From the NCBI GenBank assembly GCA_013151355.1, contig JAADIL010000267.1, positions 1 through 56,368 on the forward strand: a stretch of 56,368 nt of DNA. Reading direction: 5' to 3'. This DNA comes from Gammaproteobacteria bacterium. Its GTDB lineage: Bacteria > Pseudomonadota > Gammaproteobacteria > SZUA-152. Made by a program: the position numbers and the translations under genes. A model generated the notes under the pieces. The model searched no databases. It saw only the letters and a program-made list of their open reading frames with translations, and was not told the DNA's origin. This document shows, one piece after another, positions 39,187 to 47,154 of the stretch (position 1 is its first letter; every line of letters begins with the position of its first letter).

Positions 39187-40182
39187 ATGAATGCCGTATC
39201 GTATCAAAGCCTTGCACTCGCATGGCAACCAAAAAATAAACGCGACAAGCCATTTATATTATTTACTCTATTGATACTTGCCCTGTTTTTGGGAACAGGT
39301 GCTTTTTTTAGTTCTATAAAAGTTCCGAAGGAAGAGCGTCGGGTAAAAGCTGTCATACCAGACAGAATTGCCAAATTTTTACTTGATAAACCCAGACTGG
39401 CCCCCAAGCCTGAACCAAAGCCAAAAAAAATTGAAAAACCCAGGCCCAAACCGACTCCCAAACCCAAGGTCAAACGGGAAAAACCAAAAAAAGAAATCAA
39501 GCTGACTGAAACGCAAAAGGTTGCGCGCAAAAAAGCAGGAGAAAGTGGTTTGATTGCCCTTAGTGAAGAGCTGTCTGATTTGATGGATACGTCAAGTATT
39601 GATTCGATGGTGGGTAATCCCATAAAAAAATCAGGCAAACAGACGCAAATTGCTTCTGTTGATACCCGAATTTTAATGGCAGGGTCGACAGAGGGTAGCG
39701 GCGGTGTAAAACAGGAAGAGCATCTATCAAAAATTGTCGGCACAACAAAGCTTGATAGTACTCAGAACTCGATGGCGCGAAAATTAATTACGGCTCGCGC
39801 TGGAGAAAATTCAGTCAAGCCTGATCCAACAGGTTCGACTGAAACAACGGATTCAGCAAAGAGTAAAGTGAAAAAACAGGCAAGGGTTGGGAATTATCGC
39901 TCAGAAGAAGACATTGCTTATGTTGTCGATAAAAACAAGGGCAAACTGCATGCTACTTATCGTCGGGCTCGCAGGAGTGATCCGGGGATTCAGGGGAAAA
40001 TTGTGCTTGAAATTACCATTTTGCCATCCGGAAAAGTAGAAAGTGTCAGGATTACCTCAAGCGAATTACAAAATGCCAAACTGGAGGCCCGTATTATTGC
40101 CCGGGTAAAACAGTTCGATTTTGGTGCTCAAAACGTAAAGAAAGTAACGGTGACTTATCCCATCGAGTTTTTGCCATCATAG
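39187..40182 (+). CDS. TonB-like energy-transducer protein (AgmX/GltG-like C-terminal domain suspected)
   Basis: It has an N-terminal TM segment, a Pro/Lys-rich spacer (PKPEPKPKKIEKPRPKPTPKPKVKREKPKK) and a C-terminal domain (YRRARRSDPGIQGKIVLEITILPSGKVESVRI..VTVTYPIEF). Confidence 0.8.
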   Translation: MNAVSYQSLALAWQPKNKRDKPFILFTLLILALFLGTGAFFSSIKVPKEERRVKAVIPDRIAKFLLDKPRLAPKPEPKPKKIEKPRPKPTPKPKVKREKPKKEIKLTETQKVARKKAGESGLIALSEELSDLMDTSSIDSMVGNPIKKSGKQTQIASVDTRILMAGSTEGSGGVKQEEHLSKIVGTTKLDSTQNSMARKLITARAGENSVKPDPTGSTETTDSAKSKVKKQARVGNYRSEEDIAYVVDKNKGKLHATYRRARRSDPGIQGKIVLEITILPSGKVESVRITSSELQNAKLEARIIARVKQFDFGAQNVKKVTVTYPIEFLPS

Positions 40183-40237
40183 TCTGTGCCCAGCGGCATT
40201 TTCCGGAGCCGTTGTGTCCCTGGAATGTACGCATTCC

Positions 40238-40819
40238 TTATGGTGCCAGCACGTCCATGCCTTCTGCGGCCAATAACGTCGTTAATTCAATGAGCGGTAA
40301 ACCGACAAGCGCGTTGGGGTCGTTGCCTTCCATTTTTTCAAACAAACTGATGCCCAGTCCTTCAGATTTGAAACTGCCAGCACATTGGTAAGGGGTGTCG
40401 CGTAACAAATACTGCTCGATTTGTGTTTCAGTGAGCAGGCGAAATACAACGGAAAACGGTACCACGCGGACATGGCAATTCCCGGTGTTGCTATTTAGCA
40501 GACACAGGCCGGTCAAAAAATTTACCCGGCGACCGCTGGCTGCCTGCAATTGTTGTATTGCCTTTTCGTGATTACCCGGTTTGCCCAAAATCTGCTTATC
40601 CAGCACTGCGACCTGATCCGAGCCGATAATTAACGCATCAGAAAACTGCGCTGCAACAGCACGGGCCTTGGCTTCTGATAACCGGCTCACCAACGCAGTC
40701 GGGGTTTCATTTTCCAGCGGGGTTTCATCGGTGTCCGGTGCGGCTGTGTCAAATGCCAATCCCAGGTGCTCCAGCAGGGCGCGTCGGTAGGGGGAGGTAG
40801 AAGCGAGTACAAGTTGCAT
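40238..40819 (-). CDS. yceF: Maf-family nucleoside triphosphate pyrophosphatase (YceF subfamily)
   Basis: It is colinear with E. coli YceF (LVLASTSPYRRALLEHL..IIGSDQV..CAGSFKSEGLGISLFE..DPNALVGLPLI). Confidence 0.9.
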   Translation of the reverse strand: MQLVLASTSPYRRALLEHLGLAFDTAAPDTDETPLENETPTALVSRLSEAKARAVAAQFSDALIIGSDQVAVLDKQILGKPGNHEKAIQQLQAASGRRVNFLTGLCLLNSNTGNCHVRVVPFSVVFRLLTETQIEQYLLRDTPYQCAGSFKSEGLGISLFEKMEGNDPNALVGLPLIELTTLLAAEGMDVLAP

Positions 40820-40991
40820 TTATGGTGATACTGTCATCGTTTATTGTCGTCTGGTGGAGTTTACTGTTTTTTTACAGGCTTGACAGTGGGCAATGTGGCT
40901 GCCATATATCAAGGCAATGCCGAGATATTTATTTGGAGTGAGTGCGATGGCCGATTTTTCCCAAAAATCATTAACGAAACCACCATTAAAA

Positions 40992-41261
40992 ATGACGTTG
41001 CTGGCGCTGCTTGTAGTCGTGGGCAGTCTGACGGGGCTCAGCGAGGTCTACGCCGGTTCCGGTTCTTGTGCCTATCAGGAAGCAATAATGGCTATGGAAA
41101 AAGGGAATGAGGTGCGTGGTCTGGCGTTGATGCGCATGGCGAGCCGGGATGGTGACCGTCGCGCACAAAGCTATCTGCGGGAACAGGATTACATGACAGA
41201 GCTTCCTGTCCTTGTTAAGGCCCGGCAGCCGCTGAGCCTGGCGGGTATTTCTCGTCACTGA
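40992..41261 (+). CDS. Small exported protein with one Sel1-like unit
   Basis: A Met at 40992 gives a signal peptide (MTLLALLVVVGSLTGLSEVYA). The ORF opens at 40893, so the start is uncertain. The 3' end overlaps the convergent Sel1 gene. Confidence 0.45.
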   Translation: MTLLALLVVVGSLTGLSEVYAGSGSCAYQEAIMAMEKGNEVRGLALMRMASRDGDRRAQSYLREQDYMTELPVLVKARQPLSLAGISRH

Positions 41262-41796
41262 CTGATTGCACCTGCCCTGTTTGTTGCACCAGCGCCACGG
41301 CCTGTGGGGTTGGTTCTTTTTGCTCTGGAGTGGCAGCTGGTTTGATATTTTTAAACCAGCCGCGTTTTTCCCCCTTTTTGATGAATTCCTGCGCTGCGCT
41401 GTCGCCGTTGTCGGCGGCACGTTGCAACCACATCAGCCCTTTGGCTCGTTCGGCACCGGTTCCCTGGATAAAGTGCAGGCCCAGCAGGAACTGGCCCGAA
41501 GTATTGTCTTTTTTGGCGGCTTTTTGGTACCACACCCGGGCCAATTGTGCACTGCGTTGTGTGCCCCAGCCATTGTCGTAGGAAAGTCCCACAAATACCT
41601 GGGCTTCAGCGTCGCCCTGCGTGGCCAAAGTGGACCAGAGTGAAAATGACAGGATGTAATTGCCCGCATTAAATGCTGCCTGACCGTCGGCCAATGTGTT
41701 CTGTTTTTCTGCTGATGCAGCGCTTGACGCCACCAGCAAACATGCCAACAATATTGCGCAGCCTGTTTTTTTCATGATGCCTGACGCCTGAATCAT
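41215..41796 (-). CDS. Secreted Sel1-repeat (SLR) protein
   Basis: It has a signal peptide and Sel1 units (GDAEAQVFVGLSYDNGWG..ARVWYQKAAK.., ..GLMWLQRAADNGDSAAQ..). Confidence 0.85.
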   Translation of the reverse strand: MIQASGIMKKTGCAILLACLLVASSAASAEKQNTLADGQAAFNAGNYILSFSLWSTLATQGDAEAQVFVGLSYDNGWGTQRSAQLARVWYQKAAKKDNTSGQFLLGLHFIQGTGAERAKGLMWLQRAADNGDSAAQEFIKKGEKRGWFKNIKPAATPEQKEPTPQAVALVQQTGQVQSVSDEKYPPGSAAAGP

Positions 41797-41942
41797 TCGT
41801 GAAGCACTCCCGTCCTGGGTTATTATCGTCCGTCAATCGGGCACACTAAAGAGTGATTTTCCTCACAATTTGTCATTTTGCTGCCCTGCCAAAATGGCCC
41901 GAAATAAATTGTACCGGATATCAACCACTAAGGGTAAGCAGC

Positions 41943-42767
41943 TTGAGTACTATCTTGAATACTCGTTTAAACAACATCGACAGGTTACGTGAAATTATGG
42001 TCGCCTTACGTGATCCGGACACCGGTTGTCCGTGGGACCAGGCGCAGAATTTTGCCAGTATCGTGCCGCACACTCTGGAGGAGGCCTACGAAGTGGCCGA
42101 GGCCATTGAAGCAGGAGGGATGGACGAGCTGTGCGATGAATTGGGAGACTTGCTGTTTCAGGTTATTTTTTATGCCCGGCTTGCCGAAGAACGCGATTTG
42201 TTTGATTTTGAGCAAGTGGTCGCCGGTATTGTCGATAAACTTGTTCGTCGTCACCCGCATGTCTTTGCCGATGCCACAGTGACCACGGCCGAAGCGCAAA
42301 CCCGGGCCTGGGAGGCCAGCAAGGCGCGTGAGCGGGCCGAAAAGGCGGAGGACACCGGTGCATTGGCAGGAGTTGCAACGGCTCTGCCAGCCATGACCCG
42401 GGCGGTGAAACTGCAAAAGCGTGCAGCACAGACAGGTTTTGACTGGCCCGACATTGTGCCGATATTTGCCAAGGTACAGGAAGAGCTGGAGGAGGTGCGA
42501 GCAGAAGTCGCTGTGGCCGGTACTTTGGCTCACAATCAGATGCGCGTCGAAGAGGAAATCGGTGATTTACTGTTTGCCTGCACCAATTTGGCACGTCACG
42601 CCCATGTTGAGCCAGAGACGGCTTTGCGTCACGCTAACCGGAAATTCGAACGACGTTTCGCGCAAATGGAGATGATGGCAACAGCGCAGGGCCGGGACGT
42701 ATCGGAACTGGATCTCGATGCGTGGGAGACGCTGTGGGAAAATGTGAAGGCGGGGGAGTCGGAGTAA
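41943..42767 (+). CDS. mazG: Nucleoside triphosphate pyrophosphohydrolase MazG
   Basis: IDRLREIMVALRDPDTGCPWDQAQNFASIVPHTLEEAYEVAEAI matches the MazG N-terminus. The ORF opens at GTG 41853, but TTG 41943, which has an AAGG upstream, fits the family length better. The start is uncertain. Confidence 0.85.
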   Translation: MSTILNTRLNNIDRLREIMVALRDPDTGCPWDQAQNFASIVPHTLEEAYEVAEAIEAGGMDELCDELGDLLFQVIFYARLAEERDLFDFEQVVAGIVDKLVRRHPHVFADATVTTAEAQTRAWEASKARERAEKAEDTGALAGVATALPAMTRAVKLQKRAAQTGFDWPDIVPIFAKVQEELEEVRAEVAVAGTLAHNQMRVEEEIGDLLFACTNLARHAHVEPETALRHANRKFERRFAQMEMMATAQGRDVSELDLDAWETLWENVKAGESE

Positions 42768-42770
42768 TTC

Positions 42771-42974
42771 ATGTCGAGCAGTACCGCACACATCGCACAA
42801 CTTGCAGCCAGTATTCCTCAATGTATGCACCGGGACCAACACCGGTTTCGACAGGCGCTAAAAAACCTGCAACGTGATGCAGAGGGGATTGATGTTTTAG
42901 CAGCAAAAATCATGATCTCGGTACAGCACCGTCAAACCCGTGGAAAATCTGCCCGCCCGGAATTATCCGGATGA
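42771..42974 (+). pseudogene. hrpA: Out-of-frame N-terminal segment of hrpA
   Basis: It encodes ..CMHRDQHRFRQALKNL..SARPEL, which is colinear with the first ~60 aa of E. coli HrpA (..LMLRDRLRFSRRLHGV..AARPEI). It stops at 42972-42974 in a different frame from the helicase body. Confidence 0.7.
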
Positions 42975-45900
42975 GTTGCCTGTTTCACAGCGGCGTGACG
43001 ATATTGCGGCTGCCATTCGTGATCATCAGGTGGTGATCGTGGCGGGTGAAACCGGCTCGGGGAAAACCACTCAATTACCCAAAATTTGTCTGGACCTGGG
43101 ACGGGGTGTTGCCGGGTTTATTGGTCATACCCAGCCACGACGCCTTGCTGCTCGCAGTGTGGCGACGCGTATCGCCGAAGAACTGGGTACGCCTTTGGGC
43201 GAGGCCGTGGGTTACAAAGTACGTTTTTCCGATCACACAAAAACATCGTCTTACATCAAGCTGATGACCGACGGCATACTGTTGGCTGAATTACAGGGAG
43301 ATCGTTTTCTGGATCAGTACGATACGCTGATTATTGATGAGGCACACGAACGCAGTCTGAATATTGATTTCCTGCTGGGCTATCTGAAACAACTGCTGCC
43401 CAGGCGCAAAGACCTGAAAGTTATTATTACCTCGGCCACCATTGATACCCGGCGTTTTTCGCAACACTTTAACAATGCACCGGTGATTGAGGTTTCCGGA
43501 CGCAGTTATCCGGTGGAGATTCGTTACCAGCACGCGGACGAAGAGGAAACAGAACCGACCGATACCATTCTTGCCGCTGTGGATGAGCTGGTGCAGCTTG
43601 ATGGACAACAACAGGGTGATATTCTGATTTTTCTCAGCGGCGAGCGTGAAATCCGTGAACTTGCCGAAGCCTTGCGAAAACATCACCCACGCAATACCGA
43701 AGTGCTGCCGTTGTATTCCCGTTTAAGTGCCAGTGAACAAAACCGTGTGTTCAGGCCGGGCAGTCAACGTCGTATTGTTTTGGCGACGAATGTGGCAGAA
43801 ACATCGATTACCGTGCCGGGTATTCGTTATGTGATTGATCCGGGCACGGCACGTATCAGCCGTTACAGTTATCGCAGCAAGGTGCAGCGACTACCGGTGG
43901 AAAAGATTGCGCAATCCAGTGCCAATCAACGGGCAGGGCGTTGTGGCCGTTTAAGTGATGGCATTTGTATCCGGCTTTATTCGGAAGAGGATTTTCTCTC
44001 TCGTTCCCTGTTTACTCAGCCGGAAATCCAGCGCACAAACCTTGCAGCGGTCATTTTGCAAATGCGTCAATCGGATCTGGGTGATCCTGCGGATTTTCCT
44101 TTTATTGATCCACCGGATCAGCGTTTTATCAATGACGGTTTTCGGTTGCTGCTGGAACTGAATGCCATTGATGAAAAACGTAAACTGACCACTATCGGCA
44201 AGCGTTTGGCAAAACTGCCTATTGATCCACGTCTCGGCCGTATGGTGTTGGCGGCGGAAGAAAACAATTGTCTGACCGAAGTATTGATTATTGTCAGTGG
44301 GCTCAGTGTGCAGGACCCGCGTGAACGACCTGTGGATAAACAACAGCAGGCCGATGAAAAACACAAACGCTTGCGTGATGAGCGGTCTGATTTTATGTCC
44401 ATGCTGAATTTATGGCATGAATACAATGACCGTAAAAAGCATCTCACGCAAAACAAACTGCGCCAATATTGCAAACAGGAATTTTTGGCGTACATGCGCA
44501 TGCGCGAGTGGCTGGAAACCTTTCAGCAGTTGCGTACCCTGAGCAAAGGCATGGGCCTGAAAGCCAATTCCAGCCCGGCGGAATATGCTGCCATTCATCA
44601 ATCGCTGGTGACAGGTTTATTGGGTAATATCGGTGTCAAAAATAGTGATGGCGATGCGAGTGAAACAAAGAAGGCCGAAAAGCAAACGTCAGCAAAAAGA
44701 AAAAAAATGCCCACCTATTCAGGTGCGCGGCAATCGACATTCCATATATTTCCCGGTTCGGGGTTGACCAAAAATCCACCGCACTGGTTGATGAGCGCAG
44801 AACTGGTGGAAACCAGTCGTCTGTTTGCACGACAAAATGCACATATTGAACCGGAATGGATTGAAGCCGCAGCGCAACACCTGGTAAAACGGACGTACAG
44901 CGAGCCTCACTGGAATCCAAAACGTGGAATCGTTATGGCCGATGAGACCGTGACGTTGTACGGGCTGGTGGTACATGCTGCGCGTCGTGTTAATTATGGG
45001 CCGGTTGATGGCAATGTCGCGCGGACGGTTTTTATTCGTGAAGCGCTGGTGGAAGGAAGCTATCGTACACAAGCCGCGTTTTTTTCGCATAACCGGAAGC
45101 TGATAGAAGAAGCCTGTTCGCTGGAATCCAAAACACGACGCCAGGATGTATTGGTTGATGATGCCACATTGTGTCATTTCTTTGATGAGAAACTTCCCGC
45201 ATCCGTTCGTGACCATGTGACATTTGAGCAGTGGCGAAAAAAAATCGAAGTCAAAAAACCTGACCTGTTATGGTTGACGCGGGAGGATGTTTTTCGCTCT
45301 GCATCGGCCTCGACGGATACAGAATACCCGGGAGAGATGTTGTTCAACGATATGCCGCTGCAACTCAAATATTGTTTCAGTCCTGGCAGTGATGATGATG
45401 GTGTCACAGTCATCATTCCTCTGGCGTCGATAAACCAGTTCAGGCAGACGCAATTTGATTATCTGGTGCCCGGTTTTTTGTCCGAAAAAATGACGGCGTT
45501 GTTCAAAGGCCTGCCAAAAAGCCTTCGCAAGCAGTTGGTGCCTGTTCCTGAATCGGTGAAATCTGCTCTTGCCTGGCTTGATGAGCCGGAAAATGGTGGT
45601 CAGGATTTATTGGAAAGTCTGGCGAATTTTCTGAAAAAAGAAAAGGCGATTGTCGTCACTGCCAGGGACTGGCGACTGGACCAGCTTCCAGTGCATTTAT
45701 TAATGCGTTTTGACGTGGTTGATCATCGGCAAAAAAGTGTGGGCGTGGGTCGTTCACTCACTGAATTGCAGTCACGTTTTGGTGGGCATGCTGCAAAAGA
45801 AATGGCGCAGGTACATAGCGATGTTTCATGGCCAGATACAGGTATTACTGCCTGGCAATTTGGTGATTTGCCTGAATTTATTATGCTGACAAAGGGTGAG

Positions 45901-46674
45901 CAACAATACCGGGCTTACCCTGCCATTGTGGATAAAGGCACTTCGGTGGGAGTGGAGCTGTTCGATGCATCAGCGACGGCCATGCGGGCGCAGGTAAAAG
46001 GGCTGCGGCGTTTGGCCGTGCTCGAAAATGCAAAAGCGGTGAAATATGTATTACGGCAATTGCCAAAAATAAACGAGATGAGTCTGATCTATTCTGTATT
46101 TGCATCGGCTGATGATTTGCAAAACGATTTGCTTGAATTAATTCTGGATCAATGTTTTTTTGAGAAGGGCTACATGATTAAGCAACAGGAAGCATTTGCT
46201 GTTCGTATGCAACAGGTAACGGCATTGATGCCAACCGCCAACCAGGTGTGCACGCTGGTAGCGAAAATCCTTGTTGCCTGGCAATCTGTCCGTCAGCAAT
46301 TTCAATTGACAGATTGTAGCCAGGACAGCAAGCAGGATATTCAAACACAGCTGGATACGTTGCTTTATGCAGGGTTTTTAACACGCACGCCGTATTTATG
46401 GCTACAGGAAATACCGCGTTATTTTCGTGCCCTGACGATACGGCTGGAGAAATTGACAGATTCGCCCGCAGGGGATGAAAAAAAGTTGCAACTGCTACGA
46501 CCATTTTTACAGGAACATGCGCGTCTGCAAAAAACGCTCATGGATAGTGCTGAAAGCACCAAATTGCGCTGGATGCTGGAGGAGTACCGGGTGTCACTGT
46601 TTGCACAACCGATGAAAACAGCAATTCCGGTTTCACCAAAACGTATCGAGAAACAAATAGCGTTATGTGTGTGA
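42940..46674 (+). CDS. hrpA: ATP-dependent RNA helicase HrpA (body; N-terminus displaced by an apparent frameshift)
   Basis: YPDELPVSQRRDDIAAAIRDHQVVIVAGETGSGKTTQLPK is present, along with DEAH (IIDEAHERS). It is colinear with HrpA throughout. Confidence 0.9.
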   Translation: MENLPARNYPDELPVSQRRDDIAAAIRDHQVVIVAGETGSGKTTQLPKICLDLGRGVAGFIGHTQPRRLAARSVATRIAEELGTPLGEAVGYKVRFSDHTKTSSYIKLMTDGILLAELQGDRFLDQYDTLIIDEAHERSLNIDFLLGYLKQLLPRRKDLKVIITSATIDTRRFSQHFNNAPVIEVSGRSYPVEIRYQHADEEETEPTDTILAAVDELVQLDGQQQGDILIFLSGEREIRELAEALRKHHPRNTEVLPLYSRLSASEQNRVFRPGSQRRIVLATNVAETSITVPGIRYVIDPGTARISRYSYRSKVQRLPVEKIAQSSANQRAGRCGRLSDGICIRLYSEEDFLSRSLFTQPEIQRTNLAAVILQMRQSDLGDPADFPFIDPPDQRFINDGFRLLLELNAIDEKRKLTTIGKRLAKLPIDPRLGRMVLAAEENNCLTEVLIIVSGLSVQDPRERPVDKQQQADEKHKRLRDERSDFMSMLNLWHEYNDRKKHLTQNKLRQYCKQEFLAYMRMREWLETFQQLRTLSKGMGLKANSSPAEYAAIHQSLVTGLLGNIGVKNSDGDASETKKAEKQTSAKRKKMPTYSGARQSTFHIFPGSGLTKNPPHWLMSAELVETSRLFARQNAHIEPEWIEAAAQHLVKRTYSEPHWNPKRGIVMADETVTLYGLVVHAARRVNYGPVDGNVARTVFIREALVEGSYRTQAAFFSHNRKLIEEACSLESKTRRQDVLVDDATLCHFFDEKLPASVRDHVTFEQWRKKIEVKKPDLLWLTREDVFRSASASTDTEYPGEMLFNDMPLQLKYCFSPGSDDDGVTVIIPLASINQFRQTQFDYLVPGFLSEKMTALFKGLPKSLRKQLVPVPESVKSALAWLDEPENGGQDLLESLANFLKKEKAIVVTARDWRLDQLPVHLLMRFDVVDHRQKSVGVGRSLTELQSRFGGHAAKEMAQVHSDVSWPDTGITAWQFGDLPEFIMLTKGEQQYRAYPAIVDKGTSVGVELFDASATAMRAQVKGLRRLAVLENAKAVKYVLRQLPKINEMSLIYSVFASADDLQNDLLELILDQCFFEKGYMIKQQEAFAVRMQQVTALMPTANQVCTLVAKILVAWQSVRQQFQLTDCSQDSKQDIQTQLDTLLYAGFLTRTPYLWLQEIPRYFRALTIRLEKLTDSPAGDEKKLQLLRPFLQEHARLQKTLMDSAESTKLRWMLEEYRVSLFAQPMKTAIPVSPKRIEKQIALCV

Positions 46675-46904
46675 TGTCGTTTCTGGAATTTTAATAAATA
46701 ATGAAATACTACATTAGTTTATCGTTATTCTGGAAAAGTTTGGAACGATAAAATATATAGCAACATGATAAAAAACCATGGAAAAACGTCGGAAAAACAG
46801 GCCTGAAACAGTTTTAAACTAAATTCCTTTATGAATTGGTAACTTAGCGTTTTAAGCTGTTTTTGAGCTTGTGAAGCTGGAAATAATCACTAGTATGAAT
46901 AATA

Positions 46905-47110
46905 AGTATCGCCCTTGATGTGCTGTTTGACCCAACTTGCATAACCTGGAGCCTGGGCACCTGATGCTGTTGTGTATTTCTGCTTTGTCCAGAAATCCTG
47001 ATGCGTCACACCGGCTTCCACTTCGCCTGGATGGTTCACGGCGCAGGGGGCGGTACCACACCGCCAAGCTTTGGAAGGATGCCTCCTGTTTTCGCAGGGG
47101 GCATTTTTTT
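46905..47110 (+). ncRNA. Candidate structured sRNA with a 6S-RNA-like rod and central bubble, ending in an intrinsic terminator
   Basis: This is hand-folded. An imperfect closing stem pairs 46910-46932 with 47033-47052. A large internal bubble follows. Stacked helices pair 46947-46956 with 47011-47020 and 46962-46967 with 47003-47008. An apical hairpin spans 46976-46996. There is no plausible ORF. Confidence 0.3.
47079..47110 (+). terminator. Rho-independent terminator
   Basis: A 10-bp stem (atgcctcctg / cagggggcat, one G-U pair) closes a 6-nt loop and is followed by a T-run. Confidence 0.65.
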
Positions 47111-47154
47111 GAGCGTTTTTTGTAAAAATTGTGCAGCAGAAAGCGGAGTAGCGG

